Position numbers and translations under genes: made by a program. Of a stretch of DNA of 64,000 nt, positions 55,093-64,000 are shown piece by piece. The first letter of the stretch is position 1. Each line of letters begins with the position of its first letter. The notes below the pieces were generated by a model. That model saw only the letters and a program-made list of their open reading frames with translations. It was not told where the DNA came from and did not search any database. Origin of the DNA: a virus (taxonomy: Duplodnaviria > Caudoviricetes); IMG/VR virus record IMGVR_UViG_2636415851_000001, positions 8,418-72,417 of that record, one strand, 5' to 3'.

Positions 55093-56562
55093 ATGGCCGA
55101 CATCTTTCTGCACGGCGTGGAGACCATCGAGCGCAACAACGGACCCCGCCCGGTGGAGACGATCGACACGGGCATCATCGCCCTCATCGGCACGGCGCCG
55201 GACGCCAGCGACACGCTCTGGCCGATTAACCAGGTTGTTCCGGTGTATGGCAGCAACGGCCCGGTGACCGGGCTTGGCGAGACTGGCACGCTGCTCGATG
55301 CGATCGAAGGGATCTTCGACCAGGCGGGCCGTGTCTCTCAGACCGTGCTCGTCGTCCGCGTCGAGGAAGGCGAGGACATTTGGGAAACCATCAGCAACAT
55401 CGTCGGCAACTCGGCCACCCTGACCGGCATGCACGCGCTGCGCGCCGCCAAGGCTGACCACGGCCTGACGCCGAAGCTGATCGTCGCGCCTGGCTTTACC
55501 TCGCAGCGGCCGGCGGACGGCGTCGCGTCCATCGCAGTCGGTGGGTCTGGAGGCGACGGCTACACCAGCGTCCCGACGGTGACGATCACCGGCGACGGTA
55601 GCGGCGCTGAGGCGGAAGCGGTCATCAACAGCGAGACCGGAAAGGTGACGGAGATCGTCATCACCAAGCCCGGCTTCGGCTACACCGTCGCACCGACGGT
55701 CACCCTGACCGGTGGCGGCGCGACGACGCAAGCGACAGCAACGGCGACTCTCGGCAGCGTGGCCAACCCGGTCACCGTCGAGGCGCTGTCTCTGGCCCGC
55801 AAGTTCCGCGCCGGCGTGATCAAAGACGCCCCAGCGACAAGCACGTCCGCCGCCATCTCTGATCGCGGGGACTACGACACCGACCGCCTCCTGATCGTCG
55901 AGCCGATGGCGAAGGTCTTCAAGGATGGCGCTGCGGTGGCGCAGCCGGCATCTGCTCGAGTCGCCGGCCTTCAGGCGCGGGTCGACTACAGCGAGGGCTT
56001 TTGGGTCTCGCCGTCGAACCATGTCATCGAAGGCATCGTTGGCGCATCGCGGCCGATCGAGCACTCGATCATGGACCCGTCCGCGGAGTCGCAGCTCCTT
56101 AACCGGAATGCGGTGGCGGCCATCGTCCGCGCTCCGTCCGGCGGCTTCAAGCTGTGGGGCAACCGGGTTCCTTCGTCGGATCCGCTCGCGCAGTTCTGGT
56201 CCGTCCGCCGCGCGCACGACACGATCATCGACTCCATCGAACGGGCATCCGAACCGTTCATCGACAAGCCCTTCAGCGTGCAGGTGCTGGTCGACATTGC
56301 GGAGACGGTGAACTCGGCGCTGCGCCGCTGGGCAGCCCTGGGCGCCACCCTTGGCGGCCGGGTGTGGCTGGATCCCGGCCTCAACACGAAGGAGACGTGG
56401 GCCTCCGGGCACCTCTACATCTCCTACGATGCTGAGGCGCCGGCTCCGATCGAGCACATCACCTTCATGTTCTCGCGGAACACTGGCTACTACGAGACCC
56501 TGTCTCAGAACGCCATCCGCGAGATCTCCCGCATCGCCGGCACGTCTCTGACCGCCGCCTGA
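55093..56562 (+). CDS. tail sheath protein (P2 FI-like)
   Basis: Start MADIFLHGVETIE; IGTAPDA, PKLIVAPG, GFWVSPSN, GFKLWGNR. Confidence 0.95.
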   Translation: MADIFLHGVETIERNNGPRPVETIDTGIIALIGTAPDASDTLWPINQVVPVYGSNGPVTGLGETGTLLDAIEGIFDQAGRVSQTVLVVRVEEGEDIWETISNIVGNSATLTGMHALRAAKADHGLTPKLIVAPGFTSQRPADGVASIAVGGSGGDGYTSVPTVTITGDGSGAEAEAVINSETGKVTEIVITKPGFGYTVAPTVTLTGGGATTQATATATLGSVANPVTVEALSLARKFRAGVIKDAPATSTSAAISDRGDYDTDRLLIVEPMAKVFKDGAAVAQPASARVAGLQARVDYSEGFWVSPSNHVIEGIVGASRPIEHSIMDPSAESQLLNRNAVAAIVRAPSGGFKLWGNRVPSSDPLAQFWSVRRAHDTIIDSIERASEPFIDKPFSVQVLVDIAETVNSALRRWAALGATLGGRVWLDPGLNTKETWASGHLYISYDAEAPAPIEHITFMFSRNTGYYETLSQNAIREISRIAGTSLTAA

Positions 56563-56589
56563 TCCTCAAGCCCATAAGGAGAGATTTCC

Positions 56590-57105
56590 ATGCGGCACAT
56601 TCTGCAGGGCTTCACCATGTACGTAGACGGCGTCGACTTCGGTATCGACACCGAGGAGGTGGAGCTCCCCATCCCGACCCCCATGACGCAGGAGTACCGT
56701 GGGGGCGGTCAGGATCTCGGCGCAACGCTGCCCATGGCGGCGATCGAAGCGCTCGAGATCACCGTGAAGATGGCCGGCCACAACGTCGAGGTCATGAAGA
56801 AGATGGCCCTGGCACCTGGCCAGACCACCCGCATCACCTTCCGCGGTGCTGTCATGCGTGAGCAGGACGGCGGCATCGCGGCTCACGTCTGCATTGTCGA
56901 GGGCGCCATCAACGGCGGCACCCGCGACCGGTGGCAGAGGGGTGAGAAGTCCGGCATCGAGTTCGTCGTCAATGGCGTGAAGTATTTCCGCTACGAGGCC
57001 GACACCGATGTCATCCACGAACTCCAGGTCTGGCCGCCGAAGCGCATCGTCAACGGCGTCAACCAGCTCTCGGAAGTCAACGCAGCGCTCGGCTACGCAA
57101 GCTGA
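56590..57105 (+). CDS. tail tube protein (P2 FII-like)
   Basis: EYRGGG, ITFRGA, W.RGEK, RIVNGVNQL...NAALG. Confidence 0.92.
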   Translation: MRHILQGFTMYVDGVDFGIDTEEVELPIPTPMTQEYRGGGQDLGATLPMAAIEALEITVKMAGHNVEVMKKMALAPGQTTRITFRGAVMREQDGGIAAHVCIVEGAINGGTRDRWQRGEKSGIEFVVNGVKYFRYEADTDVIHELQVWPPKRIVNGVNQLSEVNAALGYAS

Positions 57106-57129
57106 GGCTAACCCCAACAGGAGTGTGAA

Positions 57130-57597
57130 ATGAACACGGTCGTAGGACGCACCAAGGCCTTGTCGGCTGAGGAGCTCGCGAGGGTGGAAGCTCGCCAGAC
57201 ACAGCAGGCTGAGGCGGAAGCATCCGCCCCAGCTGCACCGAAATTCGCGAGCAAGCAGGAGCGCACCCGGGAGGTGCCCCTCGAATGGCCGCTCGAGTAC
57301 GACGGCAAGACCTGGGACAAAATCACGGTGCGCCGTGCGGTAGGCCCGGACTTCAAGGCGATCGCGCAGCTCGGTGGCACGAAGGACGAGGACGTCGGCC
57401 TCGCCCGAATCCTTTCCGATGCACCGGAAGCAATCATCCGCGCGCTCGACGGCGATGACTATGCCACCCTCATGGAAGCCATCCGGGATTTTCTTCCACG
57501 GAAGTTGCGGGCGGGGGACGAGCCGACTTCCGAGAATGGGACGAGTACGCAGCAGTCGTCGCCCACGTCCTCCACTTCGGATACCGCGACCTCCTAG
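57130..57597 (+). CDS. tail assembly chaperone (gpE-like)
   Basis: VPLEWPLEYDG.....ITVRR...D...LDGDDY; between tube and tape measure genes. Confidence 0.85.
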   Translation: MNTVVGRTKALSAEELARVEARQTQQAEAEASAPAAPKFASKQERTREVPLEWPLEYDGKTWDKITVRRAVGPDFKAIAQLGGTKDEDVGLARILSDAPEAIIRALDGDDYATLMEAIRDFLPRKLRAGDEPTSENGTSTQQSSPTSSTSDTATS

Positions 57598-57725
57598 AGA
57601 TGGAGTTCTTTGAGCTGGTCAACGTCTGGTACCCGAGGGCCGTGCAGATCTTCGAGATCACGCAACAGACCAGCATCGAAAACCTGAAGAGGATCCTGAC
57701 CGGTGGCGGCAAGCAGACAAGCTAA
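57486..57725 (+). CDS. -1 frameshift extension of the tail chaperone (gpE+E'-like)
   Basis: G-GAT-TTT at 57486-57492; -1 frame open to TAA 57723-57725, encoding YAAVVAHVLHFGYRDLLEMEFFELVNVWYPRA. Confidence 0.75.
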   Translation, partial: GFSSTEVAGGGRADFREWDEYAAVVAHVLHFGYRDLLEMEFFELVNVWYPRAVQIFEITQQTSIENLKRILTGGGKQTS

Positions 57726-60189
57726 ACTCGTCCTTACCCTCGTCGACCAGGTATCCGGTCCCGCGAGGGGCATCGTTGGCGCTCTCAGGGGCGTCGATAA
57801 TGCCATCAAGACAGCCGGGACCGTAGCTATGGCGCCAGCGCGCGCCGTGGCTGCAGCGGGCCGGTCCCTGCGTCGCAACGCTGGTGACATGACAGTTGCC
57901 AGCGCTGCGATGACCATCGGCCTTACCAAGGCAGGACGCGCCATCTACGACATGGAAGACGTCCTCAACGAAATCGAAGGTCGCCGCTTTGGCAAGCGCG
58001 ATCTGTTCAACTTGGCAGACGGTACCGAGATGACCCGCAAGGCGTTCCGCCAGTCGGTCACGGATCTCGTCACCACAATCGACAAGGAGTCGCCGCGCAA
58101 CGCAGGCGAGATCGCCAAGGCCTATAACCAGCTGGTGCAGGCCGGTATGACGCACGAACAGGTGCACGGGATTCTGCCGACCTCCGTCGACTTCGCCATT
58201 GCCGGCAACTACGACACCGAAGAAGCGGCCGACAAGCTGACCAACGTCATGACCTCCATGCAGATGCCGATGGCGACGCTGGAGCAGGCGCAGGAAAGCG
58301 CCAAGCGGGCGGCCGACACGATCGCCTATGCCGCGAACATCACGAACTCCAACGTCGAGCAGATGACGGAGGCGTTCAAGTACGCCGCTCCGTCGGCAGC
58401 CGCGCTGGGAATCGACATCGAGCAGCTGGCGTCCATGTTCGTCATCCAGGCTCGCCGGGGTATCAAGGCATCTGAAGCCGGCGTCTCGATCCGTGCGATG
58501 TTTACCCGCATGGTGCGGCCGACGAAGATGGCGGCGGCAGCGCTGGCCAACTACAACATCGATCTCGCCGACTACCTCGAGCGATCCAAGGAAATCTCCT
58601 CAGGCGACGTCGTCAACGCCCTGCAGGTGGGTGGCCTCGATGCTCGAGGCGCTACGGCCGAGATCGACAAGATCCTCGCCACCAGCGAGAGCACGGCAGT
58701 CAAGGTCCGGCAGATCACCGAAGCTATCACCAAGTCGGTGGGCGACAACAGCACCATGTCTGCCGAGGTGATCTCGGAAGCGGTGCGCGAAGTCATGTAT
58801 TCCTTCGGGGAAAACCTCGACGTCGAGCGGCTGATCGAGGACATGCAGAAGGCAAACATCGCGGTCTCGGATTTCTTCAAGATCTTCGACGTTCGCCAAG
58901 GCGCCCGAACGCTGTCCCTGTTCTCGGATGATCTCGGTCGCTGGATCGATAACATCCGGCAGAACGCCGGCGGCTTCAGCGAAGCGATGAGCGACGTCCG
59001 AATGCAGGGCGTCGTCGGCGCCGTTGCTCGTATGGACTCCGCCTTGTTCGGTGTCCTTCGGGCAGCCGCCGACTCCGGAGTGCTGGACACGGTTACGAAT
59101 GGGCTTGAGAAGTTTGCCGCGGCGCTCAACAACCTCGCCAAGGTCAACCCTGAAGCTCTCGAGATCGGCACCTATGCCGTCATGGCTACGGCTGCGCTGG
59201 CGCCCCTTGGCTTCGCGCTGTCGGGGATCGCGACCGTCGCTGCGCTGGTGGTCAACCCGCTGGCGTGGGTGGCCGGTGGCCTTGCGTACCTGGCCTACCT
59301 CAACTTCGACAACCTGATGATATGGGCGAAGAACTTCGGCCCGGCTCTTCAGGAATCGTTGGGGCCGCGGACGCTGAATGCGATCGAGAAAGCCAAGGAG
59401 CTGCTCGGAAGCATCTTCAAGACCCACGAGTTCGATGCGGCTGCCGCTGGTAAGGCGCACGGGGAGGGCTTCGCCGCCTTCATCGAGAGCGAAGTCGTGG
59501 CGATGGAGCACAACATACAGCAGTTCCAGGATCTCTGGAGCCGCATGAAGGGCGGGTGGTTCAACTTCGAGGAATGGTGGAACGGTCTCGTGACCGACTT
59601 CCATACCGGACTCGACCGCTTCATCGCCGAGAGCAAGGACGGCTTCGTCCGCATGAAGAACGACCTCATCGCTGAGGGGCAGCAGCTTTACGATGCTGGC
59701 CTCCAGATGATCCAGTCTTTGTGGGACGGCGCCGTCGCCAAGTTCGAGGAGTTCATGGGCTGGGTGCGAGGCATCCCTGGCAGGATACGGGCCGCCATCG
59801 GCAGCATCACCATCGATAATGCGATCAACTTCGTGACCGGTGGGAATGAGCCGGTGGCGGTGCCGAACATTCAGGGCAGCAACGACAACGGCATTGATGG
59901 GGCTCGAGCCAAGGGTGGGCCAGTCAAGAAGGGGCTGACGTACCTGGTCGGCGAGGAAGGGCCGGAGCCCTTCACACCTACGCAGGACGGGCACATCACG
60001 TCCAACAGGGATTGGCAGTCGGGACGGAGCGGAGGCGGAAGCAGCCGCGTCATTCAGATGACCAACCACTTCCACCTCAAGGGTGGGGCTACGAAGGACG
60101 ACGCCAAGACCATCATCGACGAGCTCGATCGTCTTCTCGGCAGGGCAGAGCAGACCGCCTTTGGCGGCATGAAGTATGGAGAAACGTGA
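57703..60189 (+). CDS. tape measure protein
   Basis: AN.TNSNVEQM.EAFKYAAP.AAALG...GIKASEAG core; C-terminal GARA.GGPV..G..YLVGEEGPE. Confidence 0.93.
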   Translation: MAASRQAKLVLTLVDQVSGPARGIVGALRGVDNAIKTAGTVAMAPARAVAAAGRSLRRNAGDMTVASAAMTIGLTKAGRAIYDMEDVLNEIEGRRFGKRDLFNLADGTEMTRKAFRQSVTDLVTTIDKESPRNAGEIAKAYNQLVQAGMTHEQVHGILPTSVDFAIAGNYDTEEAADKLTNVMTSMQMPMATLEQAQESAKRAADTIAYAANITNSNVEQMTEAFKYAAPSAAALGIDIEQLASMFVIQARRGIKASEAGVSIRAMFTRMVRPTKMAAAALANYNIDLADYLERSKEISSGDVVNALQVGGLDARGATAEIDKILATSESTAVKVRQITEAITKSVGDNSTMSAEVISEAVREVMYSFGENLDVERLIEDMQKANIAVSDFFKIFDVRQGARTLSLFSDDLGRWIDNIRQNAGGFSEAMSDVRMQGVVGAVARMDSALFGVLRAAADSGVLDTVTNGLEKFAAALNNLAKVNPEALEIGTYAVMATAALAPLGFALSGIATVAALVVNPLAWVAGGLAYLAYLNFDNLMIWAKNFGPALQESLGPRTLNAIEKAKELLGSIFKTHEFDAAAAGKAHGEGFAAFIESEVVAMEHNIQQFQDLWSRMKGGWFNFEEWWNGLVTDFHTGLDRFIAESKDGFVRMKNDLIAEGQQLYDAGLQMIQSLWDGAVAKFEEFMGWVRGIPGRIRAAIGSITIDNAINFVTGGNEPVAVPNIQGSNDNGIDGARAKGGPVKKGLTYLVGEEGPEPFTPTQDGHITSNRDWQSGRSGGGSSRVIQMTNHFHLKGGATKDDAKTIIDELDRLLGRAEQTAFGGMKYGET

Positions 60190-60656
60190 TGTTGATGGCA
60201 TGGGGACCGTACCGGTTCACGGTACCGAATTATTCGGTCGAGACGATCCGGCGGTCCGTCCAGCCACGGGTGGAGCCGCAGCCGGTTATCGGGGCGACTC
60301 CTCCTCTCCACAAGCTCGGCCCGGGCAATGAGGTGATCAACCTCGAGTCCACCTTCCACCCCCATCACTTCAACAAGCGCGGCCTGACCCAGCTGGCAGC
60401 GGTGAGACAGGCGGTCAACGCGCTGACGCCGCTGCCACTGGTTCACATCAACGGGAACGGCATGAACATCTTCGGGATGTGGACGGCCATCTCGATCGAC
60501 GACGAGGAGACGATCTTCGACACCCACGGCACGCCGTGCATGGTCGTCGCCAACCTGTCGCTTATGCGTGAAGACCCATCGCCGGCTCGGTCGCTCGCCA
60601 TCCAGGCGGCGGTCGCCGGCATCAACTTCAGTCTGTCATTGAGGCTTGGTTTCTGA
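60189..60656 (+). CDS. tail protein (P2 gpU-like)
   Basis: MLMAWGPYRF...LGPG.E.I.L...G...GMW. Confidence 0.85.
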   Translation: MLMAWGPYRFTVPNYSVETIRRSVQPRVEPQPVIGATPPLHKLGPGNEVINLESTFHPHHFNKRGLTQLAAVRQAVNALTPLPLVHINGNGMNIFGMWTAISIDDEETIFDTHGTPCMVVANLSLMREDPSPARSLAIQAAVAGINFSLSLRLGF

Positions 60657-61663
60657 TGCCCACTCCCGTCTTCTACATCAAAGCTGACGGGAAGGACGTC
60701 ACCGACAATCTCCGTGGCGTCGGCATCACGATGACGATCACTGACAGCGAAGGCCTGTCGGCCGACACGCTGCAGCTGGAGATCGACGACATCGACGGCA
60801 GCGTCGAAGCACCGCGCACCGGCGTCGTGCTCAACCCTATCGGCGGTTACGAGGGGAACCTCAGGGATTTCGGTCTCTTCATCGTCGACAGCGTCACCTA
60901 CACCGGCTGGCCGCAGAAGATCTCGGTCGATGCCAAGTCTGTAGCGGCGAAGTCCCTCGCCAAGCAGCGCGAGCCGAAGGCGTACCCGAAGAAGGACTTC
61001 CCCACCTACGGCGACATCTTTCAGGAGGTGGCCTCGAGCATTGGTCTCACCCTCAAGATGGACAGCAAGCTGAAGGCGATCGAAAACCAGTATGAGGCGC
61101 AGGCCGAAGAAGACGGCCTTGAGTTCCTGACCCGCATCAGCGGAAAGATCAACGCCTCCGTCACCGTCAAGGCCATGAACCTGGTGGTGGCGATCAAGGG
61201 GGCAGGGCGAAGCGCCAGCGGCGCGCAACTCGATCGCATCAGGGTGGCCAAGGGGTACAATCTCCTCGACTACAGCGTGACCGAGAGGGACGAGCCGAAG
61301 CACAGCGAGGTGGAGGCCACCTATTACGACCGCGACAAGAACGAGCGCGCATCTGTCTCTGTCTCCACCGGACTCGAGGGGCCGAAGTTCCTGATCCGGA
61401 GCGCCTTCCAGAACGAGGCGGAAGCCAAGGAGGCAGCGGAGTCGCAGGCGAAGGAGCTCACCCGAATGCAAGGGGAGGCGACCTTCACCATAGACGGAGA
61501 TCCGTTCGCGATGGCTGAGGCATGGGCCGACGTCACCGGATGCCGCACGCGGGTGGATGGGGAGTGGCGCATCCGGACCGTGACGCACAACTTCAGCTCC
61601 GGATCCCCGTACACCAACACGCTCCAGTGCGGCACAACCTCAGAGGAGGGCGGAGACGAATGA
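60656..61663 (+). CDS. baseplate hub / late control protein (P2 gpD-like)
   Basis: ITDSEG..ADTL...IDD, FG.F.VD.V, Q.EE..L.FLTR, VDGEW.I..V.H. Confidence 0.9.
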   Translation: MPTPVFYIKADGKDVTDNLRGVGITMTITDSEGLSADTLQLEIDDIDGSVEAPRTGVVLNPIGGYEGNLRDFGLFIVDSVTYTGWPQKISVDAKSVAAKSLAKQREPKAYPKKDFPTYGDIFQEVASSIGLTLKMDSKLKAIENQYEAQAEEDGLEFLTRISGKINASVTVKAMNLVVAIKGAGRSASGAQLDRIRVAKGYNLLDYSVTERDEPKHSEVEATYYDRDKNERASVSVSTGLEGPKFLIRSAFQNEAEAKEAAESQAKELTRMQGEATFTIDGDPFAMAEAWADVTGCRTRVDGEWRIRTVTHNFSSGSPYTNTLQCGTTSEEGGDE

Positions 61664-61905
61664 AGGACCGGTTCCTCACGGCTGCGGATGGGTCGACGAT
61701 CTACGTGACCATGGACGGCGACACTGTCGACGCTGTCGCCTACGCCAGGTTCGGCGTTCACGCCAAGCACACCGAAGAGATCTACGAGTTGAACCCTCAC
61801 CTCGTCCTTCTCGATGTTGTCCTGCCCGCCGGCGTAACCATCAAGTTGCCGGCCGCTACCGTACAAGCACCTCAGCCCAGGCCGACACGTCAGCTTTGGG
61901 AATGA
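61660..61905 (+). CDS. tail protein X (LysM-like, P2 gpX)
   Basis: T.DGDTVD.VAY..FG...IYELNP.L....LPAG..IKLP...LWE. Confidence 0.9.
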   Translation: MKDRFLTAADGSTIYVTMDGDTVDAVAYARFGVHAKHTEEIYELNPHLVLLDVVLPAGVTIKLPAATVQAPQPRPTRQLWE

Positions 61906-61974
61906 GCGGTCACGAGCGACCGTGATCTGCTGCCCGCCCTCCTTCCACCCAGGGCGGGCAGCGACCCTGTCATT

Positions 61975-62009
61975 AAGCCCCGTGCCTCACCGCCGGGGCT
62001 TTTTCTTTT
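61975..62009 (+). terminator. intrinsic terminator before the lysis genes
   Basis: AAGCCCCG-N11-CGGGGCTT-TTTCTTTT, preceded by a 12-bp hairpin at 61929-61962. Confidence 0.75.
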
Positions 62010-62021
62010 CAAAGGTGAACT

Positions 62022-62783
62022 ATGGCAACGCTTCTCAAGCTCGGCTCGAAGGGCAAGGCAGTCGAGGAGGTGCAGACGCTCCTCAACAAGACCCCGGCCA
62101 AGCCGAAGTTGACGGTCGACGGTGATTTCGGCGGCAAGACGGACAAGGCAGTCAGGCACTTCCAGGAGAAGAGCGGTCTGGTTGTCGACGGAAAGGTCGG
62201 GCCTCAGACGCTCGCCGCCCTGAAGCAGACCGTGGCACCGCTGAAGCCAGGCAGGCCGGAGCCAGCGAAGGGGGCGATCGTCTCCCCGGTACCAGAGACG
62301 GGGCCCACCTCTGTCTCGCCAGCGCCGCCGCCGAACGCCAAGAGCGTGAGGATCCTCGACACGTCCCGCGTTATCGAGGAAGTCATCGTCCACTGCACGG
62401 CCACGCCGGAGGGGAAAGACTTCACGGTCGACGACGTCCGGGCATGGCACAAGCAGCGCGGATGGTCGGACATCGGCTATCACTTTCTGGTCTACCGGGA
62501 CGGACGGGTCATAGCCGGCAGACCCATCGGCCAGGTCGGCGCCCATGTCAGCGGCCGGAATACCGGCACCGTCGGCATCGCTTACATCGGTGGGCTCGCG
62601 GCCGACGGCCAGAAGGCAAAGGACACGCGCACCGACGCGCAGCGATCCTCCCTGCTGTGGCTCACCATGCAGCTCGCAGCCAAGTTCCCGGTCCGCAAGG
62701 TCAGCGGGCACAATGAGTACGCATCCAAGGCATGCCCCTCGTTCGATGTCCGCAAGGACCAGCTTTCGACGCTGGCTCGCTGA
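62022..62783 (+). CDS. endolysin: peptidoglycan-binding domain + N-acetylmuramoyl-L-alanine amidase
   Basis: LKLGSKG..V..VQ..L...VDGDFG..T..AV..FQ...GL.VDG.VGP.T; IVHCTAT, GWSDIGYH, GAH, GHNE, KACPSF. Confidence 0.95.
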   Translation: MATLLKLGSKGKAVEEVQTLLNKTPAKPKLTVDGDFGGKTDKAVRHFQEKSGLVVDGKVGPQTLAALKQTVAPLKPGRPEPAKGAIVSPVPETGPTSVSPAPPPNAKSVRILDTSRVIEEVIVHCTATPEGKDFTVDDVRAWHKQRGWSDIGYHFLVYRDGRVIAGRPIGQVGAHVSGRNTGTVGIAYIGGLAADGQKAKDTRTDAQRSSLLWLTMQLAAKFPVRKVSGHNEYASKACPSFDVRKDQLSTLAR

Positions 62784-62806
62784 CTCAGCTCAAAAGGAAC
62801 ACCGAC

Positions 62807-63124
62807 ATGAAAAACCTCGCACTGGTGGCGACGGCGGCGCTTGCGCTGTCCGCTTGCACCACACTGGATGGCTCGTTGGAAAACAACGTGGCCACCACCT
62901 GCCGGATCTCCCAAGCCACCTACGCCGCCTTCGTGGTTGCCTCCGTGGCGGGAGAGTGGTCGCCCCGCACCGTCGCCAAGGTCGAGGTTGCCTACGGCGC
63001 CCTCGCTGCGGTGTGCAACGACCCCGACGGTGTGAAGGCTGAGGATCTCCCGCTGATCGTCGCCAACGCCTACGCCGACTTCATCCAGGCCACGAGAAGC
63101 GCTCGGGCCGCAGCAAGGAACTGA
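62807..63124 (+). CDS. lipoprotein (possible o-spanin)
   Basis: MKNLALVATAALALSAC lipobox; in the lysis cassette. Confidence 0.7.
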   Translation: MKNLALVATAALALSACTTLDGSLENNVATTCRISQATYAAFVVASVAGEWSPRTVAKVEVAYGALAAVCNDPDGVKAEDLPLIVANAYADFIQATRSARAAARN

Positions 63125-63128
63125 GACC

Positions 63129-63626
63129 ATGCGTCACCCCCTTCATATCGCCGTTCTCTGCATCGTGCTGTCTCTCGCTGCCTTCGTGGCGTGGCCGGCA
63201 TTCTCTCAGGTCGTTGACGCGGAGCCTGTCATCTCCCCGTCCTCGGTCTGGTACGACATCTGGACCATCGTGCAGCCCGTCATTGTCCTGCTCATCTCGA
63301 CAGTGGGGCCGGTTCTCGTCGCCTGGCTGAGTGCCCGGCTCATCGCGCTGTTGAAGGTGAGCGACGAAAACCAGAAGGCTGCGCTTGAGGCGAAGCTGCG
63401 GGATGCCTTGCATCAGTCGGCAGCGAACGCCCTGAAGTACGCTCTGGTAAGGGCGGGTCTCCCGGCAGGGGCGCATGTCGCCGGCGCGGTTATTGATGAG
63501 GCCATGCGCTACGTCGAGGAGAAGAACCCCGACGCGCTGGACAAGCTCGGCGTCCACTCCGAAGCGCTGCGCGAAATCATCATGAGTAAGGTTCCGGATC
63601 TCCTCGGAACACAGGCGATAAGGTAG
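63129..63626 (+). CDS. membrane protein, putative holin
   Basis: Two hydrophobic segments, then LRDALH....NAL...EAMRYV....PDAL.KLG, resembling LL-H-type holin tails. Confidence 0.6.
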   Translation: MRHPLHIAVLCIVLSLAAFVAWPAFSQVVDAEPVISPSSVWYDIWTIVQPVIVLLISTVGPVLVAWLSARLIALLKVSDENQKAALEAKLRDALHQSAANALKYALVRAGLPAGAHVAGAVIDEAMRYVEEKNPDALDKLGVHSEALREIIMSKVPDLLGTQAIR

Positions 63627-63661
63627 GCTGAGGGCAGCCTCCAGCGGTAAGGAGCTAACCG

Positions 63662-64000
63662 ATGGATGAGACGTCTGTCCTCCATGCAACAAAGACCCTG
63701 GTCGACTATGACCCTCTCCTCGGTTCCCTGCTGGTGCTGGCATTGGCGGGGATCGTCGCCCTGTTCCTGTGGGCGAAGTCTCTTCTGAAGCAGTTGACGC
63801 AGTCTCAGGCCAACCACCTCGAGGACGTGCGCAAGTACGCCGACGAGGGGGCCTCGACCCGGGCAATCGTCAGCGCCAACACTGAGCAGATCCGATCAAC
63901 CGGGGAGCATGTGGCGAAGATGTTCGAGCTCGCTAGAACCCACCACGAAACGACGTCGAGGCTGTTCGACTTCGTCAAGGAGAGGATGCGTCACCAATGA
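63662..64000 (+). CDS. single-TM membrane protein of the lysis region
   Basis: LLGSLLVLALAGIVALFLW followed by a helical tail. Confidence 0.65.
   Translation: MDETSVLHATKTLVDYDPLLGSLLVLALAGIVALFLWAKSLLKQLTQSQANHLEDVRKYADEGASTRAIVSANTEQIRSTGEHVAKMFELARTHHETTSRLFDFVKERMRHQ

Noticed and set aside
1-64000. tRNA or rRNA genes
   Set aside because: No cloverleaf with T-loop/D-loop consensus recognised by eye in the intergenic regions; tRNAscan-SE would be decisive.

Overview
The window is most of the genome of a GC-rich, temperate-type tailed phage with a contractile tail. The host is probably an alphaproteobacterium (rhizobia-like), an inference from GcrA/GapR-like and BTLCP-type genes. Layout: (1) 1-4.8 kb, leftward recombination operon (DEDD exonuclease, RecT, RecE-like nuclease, SMC-like ATPase). 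(2) 5.4-6.5 kb, CI/Cro switch with 13-bp ATACG-N3-YGWAT operators. (3) 6.5-13.5 kb, rightward replication operon (HNH, MT-A70 methylase, RuvC-like, primase, DnaB). (4) 13.4-33.1 kb, a ~20 kb leftward accessory/early region of ~40 genes (N6-adenine methylase, PAPS-reductase family, BTLCP peptidase, beta clamp, MoxR ATPase plus vWA metallopeptidase, many unknowns). (5) 33.1-34.6 kb, non-coding control region with a structured leader and a lambda-like cos candidate. (6) 34.6-61.9 kb, lambda-type packaging/head and P2-type baseplate/tail genes. (7) 62-64 kb, lysis genes. No integrase, tRNA or CRISPR array was seen. The most unusual signals are in region 4. Fifteen genes have a C-rich tract plus a small covarying hairpin (loop A-MNYA-U) just upstream of the Shine-Dalgarno sequence, suggesting a phage-wide structured cis-regulatory element. 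Five divergent paralogs with a shared C-terminal motif cluster around the MoxR/vWA pair. All family assignments are motif recognition by eye, not database searches.
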